A stretch of 64,000 nt of DNA from Convolutriloba macropyga. Its lineage: Eukaryota. This document shows, piece by piece, positions 13,326 through 25,944 of this stretch. The position numbers were made by a program, and so were the translations under genes. The notes under the pieces are model-generated. The model was not told the DNA's origin. It made no database searches and worked only from the letters and a program-made list of their open reading frames with translations. Within the stretch, counting starts at the first letter, position 1. Every line of letters starts with the position of its first letter. Where the stretch lies: NCBI RefSeq assembly GCF_964194025.1, contig NC_134469.1, forward strand, positions 16,616,001 to 16,680,000. Reading direction: 5' to 3'.

Positions 13326-15344
13326 CTAAATAAAAGAATTACAAATAATTTTCGCATCACACGAAAGAACATAAAATATTAACCACATCCAGCGGACGGT
13401 GTATAGCTGAACTCTTAGAACCGCGAGATCTGCATAGCCCCGATTGAAGCACACCCGAAAAGCCCTCCGCCCGAAAACATACAAAATTCTCACAAAAAAA
13501 AACAAACACGTCTCTGAGAAACGAACATTTTCCACTGTTTTTCTTATTTTAATCAAAGTCGAATTTTATTAAATAGTTCTCAAGCATTCATGACTTTAAT
13601 TAGTAAATGTTCATAGTTCTTTAATTAGTAAATTAGTAATCTTTAACTAGTAAATGTTCATAAAATTTAAATTTCATAACGCGAGATCAGATGTAAGTCA
13701 AATTTTTGAGTGAGGTAAGTCATGCAGTTGACCTAAAAGCAGAATAAATGAAGAAAGTAAATTCAAAGAAGTCAAATAGTAAGAATCATCGATGGAGACG
13801 ACGAATTAAAAAAAAACATAGCGGGACAAGTCCTGAACTACAATTCAAACAATTGGGTTAATTTATGAGAATCATTAACTCCGCTTTAAAAAGCAAATGA
13901 GAGCTGTGCTGTTAGTAATGAGATTAAGCAATAAAACAACACCAGAACAACAAAGACAAGCAAGATTAAAAATTCAACTTTTATTTTAAAAGACAAGATC
14001 AACATCAAAAACAACTGCTATGAACTCAAACTGCTAAATTCCTCTATTTTTACTTAGCAGACTGTCATTAAATTTCGATGAGTCCTCTCACTGATAATAA
14101 TAAATAATAAGACAAAAAAACCAAAAAATGCAAAAAAGTCGCTGAAACTTTTTGAACATTTAGTATAAAAGTCACAGAACGCAACCTCTATTGAAGAATA
14201 CAATTACCTCAATTATTTGATTCCCCAATGACCAGAGTTGAGACTTGTCAACAATGGGATTAAGTGATCAGACATCAATAAGTACAACAAATTATATTAT
14301 TAATTTAAAAAAAAATCAGTACGATTTTTCTTTGAAAAAAGGAACAAGCGTATAATTCAGAAAAAAACAAACTGAAATAACTTGCTGTACTTGAAGCGTT
14401 TAAAGCAATCAATAAAACCTGTCGATAATGAGACAAAGTTAAAACGACAAAGTCGAAAAAAAACTTGCAAAAATTAACAAAGTCGATAATTATTATTGAG
14501 AGCAATTAGTGTCATAGAAAGCACTAATTTTGAACAGAAACGATTAAGTCGATATACTTAACCCCGCTACGCAGAATCAGAGACCTGTCCCCAGATAGAT
14601 TAAATGATAAGACATCAAAAATTTTAATAAATGTTGTAGAACTCAAAAATTCACTCAAAATTTTTGAAAAAAGTAGTGTCAAAGTCATGAAAACCACTAG
14701 CTGTTAACTCAAACCATTAATTAGGTTATTTCATGCCTCATTAGCAACCAATCAGACCTGCCACTGATGATACTAAGTGATAAGACAACAGATAATTTTC
14801 AAAAAATCGGGCAAAGTCTAAAATTCACTAAAATTTTATGACATCAAATAGTGGCATAGCAAGAAAAAGTTTTAGTTGCCCCATATTGAGTTCAAGCAAA
14901 GGCAAATGGGCACAATTAGAACACATATGTACCGTCTTAAAAGCGCTGAAGGAGACGAAACTCTGAAAACAGAAGTCAAACTGACGCACCTGAAAAAAAA
15001 TCCGTCTAAAAAACCGCCAAATTGTTCGAACACCAATTTCTCACTCGACTTTAAAGGTATTTTGAAAAAAGTCACGCCTCAAACCAACTCGATTTTTTGC
15101 TCCCTTTACTATTTCAGTGTGACGAAAATCACCACTCTAATTTGACTTCTCACTGACGTGAAAAAACTGAAAAAAGCGAAAGATCTTGAAAAGACAGCAC
15201 ACCAATACAATTCAAATTCTTTGAACTGTAAAAAACACGATGTCCCCAATAATAGCCGCTATCGCTTCGCGGCTATTAATCAAGAGAAGGCAAATAACAC
15301 CCCAGCTATCGCTGTGCATCTATTACTGAAAAATAACTACATAC

Positions 15345-15748
15345 CCCCGAATAGATATGGGTTCAGGCTCAATGACTGCAACAGAATTTGACGACTGCGG
15401 AAGATCCTTTGATAAATCTTGGAAAACGTCGATTCCTTTCCTAGATGGAGACGAAACTCGTGGACCACTCTTTGACTCAGCTGTCTGCAATTCGTCTGAG
15501 CTCGCACTTACACTACTGGAGTCGCTGGGCTTATACACCCTAGAAAGGTTTAAAACCTTAGCTGGACTCACTGTTGTCGGCTTCGGACTTGGGCTCTTCT
15601 TTTTAGGACTCGATTCTCGGGAGTTGGGAGTTCCTGGTCTGCTGGGCTTCTTAATTGGCGAGAAAACGTGTCGCTGCGAAATGTCAGTTTCCATTTTTTC
15701 ACGCATCTTTCGAAGATTTTTTGCGCTCATCTGCTTGCTTGGATCCTT
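15345..15748 (-). CDS. CBX/HP1: HP1 hinge exon, copy A (404 nt; phase 0 in, phase 2 out)
   Basis: Acceptor at 15749-15750 and donor gtatgt at 15339-15344. Phases fit exon 1 (phase 0) and the terminal exon (phase 2). Confidence 0.8.
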
Positions 15749-18719
15749 CTAAATAAAAGAATTACAAATAATTTTCGCATCACACGAAAGAACATAAAAT
15801 ATTAACCACATCCAGCGGACGGTGTATAGCTGAACTCTTAGAACCGCGAGATCTGCATAGCCCCGATTGAAGCACACCCGAAAAGCCCTCCGCCCGAAAA
15901 CATACAAGATTCTCACAAAAAAAACAAACACGTCTCTGAGAAACGAACATTTTCCACTGTTTTTCTTATTTTAATCAAAGTCGAATTTTATTAAATAGTT
16001 CTCAAGCATTCATGACTTGACAATTGCGCCCACCACTGAGTTTAATGTCCTCCGATGAGCTGAATTCTAATATTAAAATGAACGAAGAAGCTTTGCTAGT
16101 GATGTACCGTATCTGACGAACAATAGTACAGCAGTAACTTACTTAGCTCATCAAATGATGACAAATATCGAATTGCAATCGAAAAAATGTCATTGCGATG
16201 CAAGGGTAGGTGGAGGAGCGTACTTAAACCGGCACGTTTAGTGCAGTAAACTTAGTAGAATCGTGCCATTTTTTTCAAGTCGCCCTGAATAAATAAAAAA
16301 AGAGCAAATTTTCTGATTGATCCACTCCATGATAAGCTTTTGGCAACATTAATTTTTGATTTTTTCTACTCTTTTCAAACTTTTAAACTCTTTTCCTTTT
16401 GTTATTTTTAGGTCCGTTTTAATCAAGGTAATAATGATTGCATCAGAGTAGCAATTGGAATCAAGGAAAAAAAGCTTATTGTTATTTTGAATTTTCTAAT
16501 AAAGCAAAATTTTTGGTCTCTTTAATTAGTATCAATTTTTTGGTTATCATGGCAGTTATTATGGCCTTCTGAAACTGGATTTTCACCTCAGGGGTAAACT
16601 TTATGCAAAACTTTCCAGTAATTTTTGTCCAAATTTTTCAAAGAGTCAGAACTAGAATGTTCAATTTATCTTTCTGTTAGCCTCGAAATCTTTTCTGCAG
16701 TCTCCTGAGTCTAAATAAAATACTTCTGCAAACACTTGGGCTTAAAAAAACTTTTCAGTTTGTTTCATTGTGACTCCTTGTTTAAAAAAACAAGAGTAAA
16801 CAATGGCTTCCTGATTTTTTTTACGTAGACTGCAAACAATAATGTAGGGCTTGTGCCCACAACATTGCCACCGAAAAGACCAGTGGTTATCTTCATTGTA
16901 AATAAGTATTTTCGACAGCCAAAAAATGTCTCACGAAAGTTGCCCAATTGAAATTTCACCGTGGAAGCCATGGCTCAAAGGGAACTGACAAAACACTTTT
17001 TACATCTGAGACGCTAAATTAGGCTATACGGAAAGCGTAGTACTGAAAAACAATCAAACCTATGATCAAACTTGACCTAGTTAATAAAGTTTACCCAAGA
17101 TTCCCTAACAACGCTATGTTAGAAATCGATTGAAAAGCAATAATTCAAAAAATATAAAAAAGACATGAAAAGAAAAATTGCCCTCAAAATTTGACAGTCT
17201 TTGCAAACATTGTTTCCTCGGTATGCTTTAGTTTTTCACAACTACATAAGCCATTTCTTTACAAAACGAAAAGTATGCTGGTGCAAGCCACACACACATT
17301 CGTCTCAAAACCTGGCATCTACAAAAAGCCAAGAAGCAACAAATTTAATAAGCGAACTTAGAAAATCTTCGATAAAACAGAACGTAGCCAGTTTGTTGTC
17401 CCGATAAAAACTATTAGAAAACATATAACAATTTTAGTAGGATTCTAAAGCAAAGCAAGAGAAAGAACAGCAGGAACACAAGTTAAATGGCCGCGTAAAA
17501 AAAATATTTAAAAATCAAAAATGTGTTAAAACTTTTATCTCTGCTTCACTTCAGAACTAATCACTTCATTGCTCAATTTACTGTTCTTGCGTGATTAAAT
17601 TCTCCACTCTAATTTTATCTTTTACTGTCATCAAAAAGTCGATTAATTTAAATAGATTTTAATAAAAGACAGCACCCAATATAAATCAAAACCTAGATAG
17701 CCCCAATGAGATCAATAACACCCTCCATATCACTTCTCGGCTACTATAAAAACGTAATTAATTCGGCTACTATAAACGTAATTAAAAACGTAAAACGTAA
17801 AATTTCTAAAAAAGATTGAAAATCACGTTTAAAATTTCAAAAAACTGAGTTAAATCGACTTAAATCAGCAAAGTGCTGTGAAAGCTGCTGTTCCAAAAAG
17901 TTTTGCTCGACGAAAACCTGTCCTTGTTTTAGTTTGCAAAATTGCCTGAGCAGTGCTTTTCAAAATCATTAGTTGTTGCTAAAATAACTGATTTGATTCC
18001 ACTTTTATGGACGGTAAAATTACAGAAAAATCGGCCAAATTTTTTAAAATATCAAACAAAAAGATTCAACAACCCTGACTCATCGTAAAAAAAGCATTAT
18101 TGTCGTTGGGCACATTTTAATGTACTTTAGCAACAGAGAAACAGAATTTGTGCAAAAAATCCAGAAATGTTCCAGAAATTACAAAAATAGTAAAAAAAAA
18201 ATAAGCCACCATGTTGAGTAAAACTGTAAACGGCGATAACTTCCCAAAAAGATGTCAATCGATAAAAGCTCTTTAATAACATATTCAACGATTGACACGC
18301 TTTGTAATGATAATACTCACAACTCTCACAATAATACTCACAACTCTTACAACTCTCACTGATAATACTCACAATTGACCGAAAAGAGCTAGTTTAATTC
18401 CTATCCCCTCCAAGCTGGTTAGAAAAAAAACTTGCTGTTCCCGATATATTAAGGTCTCCGAATTGAGCAAAAACAGCGATCAGCGCAGCTATTAAAAACA
18501 ACAGAGCCGTAACATGATTTTGAGCCATGGGCCTATTGGGTTAGCTACCTAAATTGATGACTTCCCAGCAACTACCTTATTCGTTTTTAGCCTCAGTTTC
18601 TCCGTTACTGAAGATATTGCTGCTCTAGAACCCGTTAACTCCTCTCTGAATGAGCTAAATAGTTTCCTGACCTTAATTTGCAGCGTACTCTCACAGAGAA
18701 AACATGAGCTTCAACTCAC

Positions 18720-19118
18720 GGATGGAATTGATGACGCGAACAGACTTTTTGAAGGGGATTTTTGAGCTTCTAACTTAACCCCAACTTTCAGAGGAGACTT
18801 CTTGGGTTTCTCAACATTAGCTGACTTTGAGGGGCTGTACGAAAAACTCTGGCCTTGGTGATCTTTCTCAAATTGGGCCACCAAATCAGGACAATTCAGA
18901 TTTTTGGCAGGTTCCCAGGTGTTCTCGTTGTCATGATATCCTCGCCACTTGAGTTTATAATGAATTTCACCTGATCTGAGGACACGCTTACTTACAATTT
19001 TTTCCACCACATATTCGGCACAGCCAGATTCCGAACTGACCGCCGTGTCGTTAGCCTTCTCAATTGGGTCACTGCAGCTACTGCTGCTTGACAAGGCCGT
19101 TGGTTTTGAGTGCGGCAT
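18720..19118 (-). CDS. CBX/HP1: HP1/chromobox protein, first coding exon (chromodomain)
   Basis: YVVEKIVSKRVLRSGEIHYKLKWRGYHDNENTWEPAKNLNCPDLVAQFE is a canonical chromodomain with the aromatic cage (Y, W, Y) intact. ATG 19116-19118; donor gtgagt 18714-18719; 133 codons. Confidence 0.92.
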
Positions 19119-19439
19119 TGCGGTTGTGGAAGATTCAATGCAAACAAGATCAAATCCAAACTGAAAACTTGATTGTTCTGTGCTTCAAGAAACAGAACTT
19201 TCCTTTTCAAATCTTCCAAAATAAATGTTATAAGACTTGAGCAAACACTTAGAAGAATGCAAAGCCTTGGACTATTTGAAATATGCCAAATACATTTAGT
19301 GCTTCATCATTTATCACTACTTGAATTAATGATCAGGACAAGACTGAAAAGTCTTCCCCAACTCAAGCTTTATAGTAAACAAATATCGATTAAGACAAAC
19401 AACTGCGATTAGGAGGGGAAAACTTAACAATTTTTCCGA

Positions 19440-21682
19440 AACAAACCCGCAGATTGCCCAATACAGCTGAGTGTAATAGAATTTTTGAAATAGAAACAGA
19501 TACATAACGGAGTACATAAACTTATCAATGCCGAGTAAAATAACTATGCAGCATTACTCATAGCAAAATACTGATACTGTCTGCTCTTAGACTTCTCTTT
19601 CAATTGAAATCGAAGTGAGGTCCTTTCGTTGAATGAGGAAAGCCACGCATCAAAAACACCAATATACTTGCGAGGGAGAAAAGAAATGACGTCACGCGCA
19701 CAAACACCAATAATGGGAAGAAGGCTTCTTGAAATTTATAATTTTTCAGATGTTCGGCGTTGAAAAAAACAAACATGAAAAAAGTGTCAGACGACAAAAC
19801 AAGGAAAATGCAGGTCAAGTCCTAACTAATAGAAAAGAAAAAATAAAGGCTTACCAATCAGCAACAATAAAAGAACAGCTCTTAATAGTTAACAAATCGT
19901 ATAACCGTTTAATAGATCACTAGACTTTTTGGGTTAGAATCGGACTCTCATTTCATGAGACACATACGCTCTATAAGGAAAAAACCCTAAAAGAGCTTTT
20001 TCAAAATTAATATTTGAAATCAAAACTCAAGACTCTAATACTCAAGAATTAGGGCATATACGTTTTGCGCTACTTAGATGCACACTATTGATCTTTAACT
20101 AGTAAATGTTCATAAAATATAAAGTTCCAGAAGGTGAGTTCAGAAGTCATTTTTTGAGTGAAGTAAGACACGCAACTGATCTAAAAGCAGAACAAAAGAC
20201 GTCACGTCACGCACACAAAATTTAACTGAAAAGAAGTAAAGTCACTTAAATTGAAAAAGTCAATGTTCGCAAGAATCATCGATGGACACGACGTATTAAT
20301 AAACGAAGCAGCACAAGTCCTGAAACAATACAAAGAATTTGAATGAAAAACTTAGAATTACTCTACCTGACCAGCAGCTCAATTGAACAATACCAGCAAT
20401 AACACGAAATCATCTCAAAAAGTTGAGAAACTAAAACAATCAAACAAAATAAACAAAAATATACTCAATGCTAAAACTCTCTTGAAGCTTTTACCCCGGA
20501 GGCTTTAACCAATTCTGTCTCTGAAATCGTGTGTATTATATCTGAATAGGCCCTTGAAGATCGTTAACTCAGAAAATGACTATTTTTCAAAAAAAAATCG
20601 AATTTTAACGAAATGTTGCCGAAAATCGTGATACTAATATCATCAGAATCATTTCTGTGTCTCTAAAGGCTATCCAGTAACCCAATTCCAAACCATAAAA
20701 AATTCATTGGCTCAAAGACCGATAGCAATAGTTTTTAGAATAAATTTCGAAATATAGAAATACGTTCTATTAAAATGTTGAAAACCATTCCATTGCCCCC
20801 AGCAACTATGTAATAACATACTATCAAACCCAGAAGGAGGTTACCTGGCGACTGAGGCAAAAAAATTGAAAAAAAAGAAAGGTTTTGAAAAATTTGAAAT
20901 CTTAAATTGTTGAAAACAACTCCATTGACACTAACAACCATGCATCAACTTTTTTTATCAGACAATGTAACAGGTTTTCTCGCCCTTGAGACTGGACAAA
21001 TATTGAAAACTGACACAAATTTCAGGAAAACTTAAAAATTGCAGATTTAATGAACAAAAAATGCTAAAACTCGAGACATTGAGATGTTGAAAACCATTCG
21101 ATTGTTACTAGAAACTGCGCATTGCCCTATTATTAAACCTTAGATGAAATTCCCTTGCCCCTGACTCTGGAAAAATTGAAAAAAGAAAAAATTTTCAAAA
21201 CTTGAAAAACTGCAAAAATTATTATCAATTTGCGTGTTTGTGTTTGTAGTACCAAAACATATAGCTCAAAATGGTCATAACAAATAATTTTGTCTCGCAA
21301 AAGACCTTCATCAACTTTAAAAATTTAAGCCTTAGACTTATTAATAAAAACTCAAAAAAATCACAAAAAACATTTAAAAAAAACCACTATTTTGAGCCCA
21401 AAAATTCCCAAATATTACCTCTTAACCTTAAATTAAGGCAATCTCAGCAGCTGCACCACTCTAAGCACTTGAAGACAACAAAAGCTCACTTTGGGCCTCT
21501 AATGAAACTTAATTCCCGCTGGGTTTGACCTGTTTATCCCGCTTTGAAAGATCAAAGTCATTGAAAAATGTGTGAAAACATCTTTTAAAAAAACACAGCA
21601 CCCCAATACAATTCAAATTCTTTGATGAGTAAAAACCACCATTTTTGTCCCCAATAATAGCCACTATCACTTCAAGGCTATT
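19440..21682 (-). mobile_element. Decayed family-1 elements with nested family 2 (20301-21631)
   Basis: The host body at ~19915-20300 matches 11040-11390, and the insert resembles 54004-55447. The termini tacaattcaaattctttg and aatagccactatcacttcaaggctatt are stacked. Left boundary is approximate. Confidence 0.62.
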
Positions 21683-23575
21683 AAAAGAAAAAACTTTTGT
21701 TAACTATTTTAAATCAATGTCCTCCAAGTCAATAAAACAGGTACTTATGAAAACCTTAACAGTAATATTTACAAGGGACAAAAGCAACAAATGCAGACAC
21801 GATTCAAAGGTCACTAAAAATTTAAAATTGATCAGAACAATGAACATTAACACAGAACAATGTCAGAGCAAAGAGAATTACACATCATGTCAATCATAGA
21901 AGCAATTAATTATGAATTACATTAGAATACCGACGACTCTTTAAAAAGGTTACGGTACAAGACAGAAAAAAAACACAAACAATCAGGAAAAGTTATGTAA
22001 TAATAAAACAAAAAGTTCGCAAGTTGAAAAACCATTAGCTATCAACTGTCACTTTCAGTTCAAGAGTTCAAGTCAATTGCGCCTTATTACAGACCGATCG
22101 AATCTGTACTCTTGAAGCAAACTAAAATTGTTTTCAAAAAAGTTACAAAAGCAAAGCATTAAAATCATTTAAACTGATTTCTATCAACTGAAACACCCAT
22201 CAGTTTTTGTTACGTCCCATTTGGAAACCAATAAAGCCAAAAAATCATCTTTAAACCTAAGCAAAAGGACATAAAAAACAATAAAGTGTCAAATTCATTT
22301 AAAACTTTATCTATGAATTGAATGTTAACACAGATTCACTTAATTTTCAATTAGAAAGCCATCAAAGCCAGTCTTGATTGAGACAAAGCAGCAGGACCTT
22401 AATAATAAGAGCAATTACGGACAAAGTTTTTAAAAAATTGACAAATACTTTCTGAAAACAAAAGGCGTGAAAGTCATAGAAATCTTAAGCTGCCCCCTTA
22501 AAGTCTCGTGTAATAATGCAGACGCATTGCTTCTAAGGGATCAAATCTTAATAGAATTTGGGGAATAAAAAAGTGGAAAAAAATCCTGTCAACACGCAGA
22601 ACTAAACTTAGGCACATCACAACAGCTCCCAATTTAACTAAGTAAACGAAATGATTAACAAAAAAGGCATCTGAAAAAAGCAGAACCTGACTACATTTTA
22701 TTGAAAAACTTCACCAGCTGTAGCAACTGCAAAAAATGCTCGTCCATGTATGCGGTGCAGTCATTTTTCATTGAAAAAATGAACAAAAACGATTGCAATG
22801 GCCATGCACCTAGTTACCACCAAAAAAAACTAAATGATAAGGGAAAAAATTTAAAACTTGCAAAAAAACTACTAAACTTAAAGAAAATCAAATCTTCAAG
22901 TATCTGCTGTTGGAGAAACATAAAGAGAATTGTTCTAGGCAAACAATTGAATAGGAAAAGTTACTCTGAAAAGCACAAACAAAGCAGAGCACTTCAAGAT
23001 TGTCCAAAACGCGTCAAATTTTATAACAATTTTCTTTGAAATTTATTTTAAGAACTTAAAACGAACACAAAACCGTGTGCATGGGGGTCAAATTTTCCCC
23101 GTATGTTAACACAAAATCTAACGTCAAATTAATTGCCTTCAAGAGACTTGTCATCATAGGTTCTATCAAAATCTATGTGGGGCGTACGGAGACTAGCTTA
23201 AAATTGCTATACCGCAGAGGGGGAAGGATTAGAAATCACAAAAAAGTCCAATAAAAGAAATTATTTTGTAATGTTTTTCCGAAAAACCATTCTCCCCAAC
23301 CGAAAAAGTGAAAACTAAAAAAAACTCCTTAAATGCTGCACGTTATAAAACGCTCGCTCTGCAAAAATTTTATTCACGTCTACTTTTTCGCCCCTTTTTT
23401 CGAAACCAGTATGAAAAACACCGCTGTTGTTTTTTCTCTCATAACTTAACTTCTGTTAAATAATAGTATGAAATAAATGTTTTGTAACGTGCGGCATTGA
23501 CGTTTACATCCTTTTTGAAAATCACTCGGCCGATTTGAAAAAAAAAGATTACCATTTTTTATTTAAGAGTACCGC

Positions 23576-23913
23576 AATATAGCTACGCAGGCGAGCGGCT
23601 GGCTTCGGTAGTACCCAGCTGTGGCTGAGAGATGATGACACTGTGGAGGGGGGGGAGGGTTGGGAGGTCTTGACGAGAGGGGGTCCAAACCACAAAGTGT
23701 AGGGGGGTGGACTGGGAGAGTGTTGGGTGGACTGGGGGAGTGTTGGGGGGGGGGGGGGGGGGGGTGAAAGGGGGTGACTGAGGGTCCAAGAGAACTTAAT
23801 GACCTCCGAGCGCTCCCTCTTTATCCAGTTTTTGAGGGCGAAAAGTCAAATGAGTACGACAAAAAAATTGACCACAGGACTAATATAATTGCTACTTCGG
23901 TTGAGAGCAATTA
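23576..23913 (-). mobile_element. Helentron-like family 4 copy with long G-tracts, ~270 bp downstream of the SHMT stop
   Basis: ggcgagcggctggcttcggtagt, G-runs, gaacttaatgacctccg and the end taattgctacttcggttgagagcaatta are shared with 43187-43633. Confidence 0.62.
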
Positions 23914-24180
23914 AAAACTACTATTTGGAATAAATTAATTCGCATTTTGAGTCCAGATCTCGCACAATCAACACAACTAAAATACGAAGGCACTCAAAAA
24001 ACCAATCCAAAGTAGCACCATTATCATCAAACATTATCTCATACATTAAAACGCAACATCAAAAACTTAGTTACACAAAACAACCTTTGAATTACTTGGG
24101 TCAGAATCAATCATTTCATACAGTTTTAAATACGTTCAAAGCTCAAATAGATTAAAATTTAGATCAGAAGAAATACGGAG

Positions 24181-24575
24181 TTATATGTCATCCAATCCAG
24201 GCAATGGAAATTCTCCCGCCCACGCTTGCACCTTATCCTTCAGTGACCCAATCTGCGCCACCGTATCCGCGTCGCTCTCCACAAACTTTTTGAAATCAGC
24301 AACAGTCGGACCACATTTCGAAAAGGCCGATTGAGTGATCTTGATTCCTTGGTCAATGAAATCTACAATCTGTGCAAAATCATCTTCAACCAGATCTCTG
24401 GAAGTCATGGCAGGAGATCCCAGCCGGAGTCCGCTGGGTCTTAGGGCACTCTTGTCACCAGGGCACGTGTTCTTATTGCATGTGATGCCCGAGAGTTCCA
24501 GAACCCGTTCCGCTCTGGCACCGTCCAGGCCAATCGGTCTCAGATCCAGTAGCACCAAGTGATTGTCAGTACCAC
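24181..24575 (-). CDS. SHMT: Serine hydroxymethyltransferase exon 5 (terminal)
   Basis: GGTDNHLVLLDLRP...NKNTCPGDKSALRPSGLRLGSPAMTSR...FPLPG. Acceptor tgcag 24576-24577, phase 1; stop TAA. Confidence 0.96.
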
Positions 24576-25077
24576 CTGCAAACAAATATAAGAAGGCAAT
24601 TCAAAAAAGCTCGAAATATAAAATACAAGCTTCAAGCTGAAGCAATATTTTTTTGACAAACGGTAAATTTGTTTCTCAAAAAAATTAACAATTTTGTTTC
24701 GTAAACGGAGGTGAAGTGCTTGACAAATCTCAAGAGGTAAGAAGAGTTACCAGTGATGAGCAGGTAGATCTTGTCCCAAGTCCCGCTAGGACACTAAAAA
24801 AATCTGATTGATGCCAGTTTCCAGAATTCTTTATTTTCGGTCGCCTTCAAATCAAACAGGAGAAGACGCACTCACAGCTTCGAGCGGACGTTTTTGAAAA
24901 CAAGGAGTCTAGATATAATCAATAAAATTTTAGCTGGAGTTTTTAAATCACTTTCAGAGGTAACTGTTTTTCAAGAATTTTTTGGTCAGAGTCGACCTTT
25001 CCTGCTTGACTTTTAACTCTATCCTGCAGTTGCCGTCTTCCATCGGAAAGGATCAGTTTTAGGGTTGCTTTTTTAAC

Positions 25078-25282
25078 CTGAGGTGATCTTGTATCCCCTG
25101 TTGATCAGCTCTTCGCCCATCTTCTTTGCATTGGCACACACTTGCTTCTGGTACTGGATGAACTGTGGCTCACTCGCCTGTCTGAGAGCAACTGCCAATG
25201 CGGCTATTGTGTTGTTGTGAGGACCTCCTTGCAGACCAGGGAACACTGCCTCGTTTATTGGTCTCTCCAAGTTGTACATTAT
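25078..25282 (-). CDS. SHMT: SHMT exon 4
   Basis: IMYNLERPINEAVFPGLQGGPHNNTIAALAVAL. Acceptor 25283-25284, donor 25076-25077; phase 0 to 1. Confidence 0.95.
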
Positions 25283-25596
25283 CTGTTAAAAGCACGCCTT
25301 CTGTTAACATCGAACAATTTATTGATTCAATGCCCTCCTAGCTTCTTTTACCCAGGTTTACTCGTTCGTTGATCAACTGTTTCAATTTCCTCTCTAAAAT
25401 CTATTCCTTTATCACTAGCATCTCTAAGAATTGAACCGCTGCAAAAAACTGAAACTTCCAGTTTGGTTTTTCAACATTTGCTCAACACTATATACACTTT
25501 ATCAGTTAAACCAATTGCTAACACGGGCTCATTTTTGACCAAAGGTATTTTTTTTCGGTCAATCAGTACAGTCAATCAGTTCCAATTTTGACCAAC

Positions 25597-25841
25597 CTGT
25601 TCGCCTTTAGCATTGGTGCTTTTGACTCCTTTCCTGAAAAATATCATGCCCGATCGTGGTCCCCTGAGACTTTTGTGGGTTGTGGTCGTTACAACGTCAC
25701 AGAGTTCAAACGGGTTGGCCACTACGTCCGCTGCAACCAGACCACTCACATGGGCCATGTCTGCCATCAAGTATGCACCCACTGAGTCTGCAATCTTGCG
25801 GAATCTGGCATAGTCCAGGTTACGAGAGTAACAGCTGATGC
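25597..25841 (-). CDS. SHMT: SHMT exon 3 (PLP-binding lysine motif)
   Basis: [12 protein letters not shown]...[18 protein letters not shown]. Acceptor 25842-25843, donor gttggt 25591-25596; phase 1 to 0. Confidence 0.96.
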
Positions 25842-25944
25842 CTATCAAACATAACGGCGTTTCCTAATAACTCCTAAGAAGACCCTTAACTTTTAACTTA
25901 ATTCCATCTATTTTCAAAAATACAGATCGAAATTTTTCTGATAT

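Larger units (their letters stand above)
11217..16018. repeat. Near-identical 2.4-kb tandem duplication (11217-13596 / 13639-16018) containing the HP1 hinge exon
   Basis: Offset 2422-2423 throughout, with only a few SNPs or homopolymer differences; 42-nt junction insert at 13597-13638. Confidence 0.95.

Noticed and set aside
12934-15752. 131-aa + strand ORFs at 12934-13329 and 15357-15752
   Set aside because: They are antisense shadows of the HP1 hinge exon; the minus frame has the splice sites and the correct phases.
23583-23789. Proline-rich 68-aa ORF
   Set aside because: It is a translation of the C-rich strand of a family-4 element's G-tract and starts at TTG.
24752-24810. GTGATGA...CTGA motif in SHMT intron 4
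   Set aside because: It is antisense to the host transcript and short, so it is likely chance.
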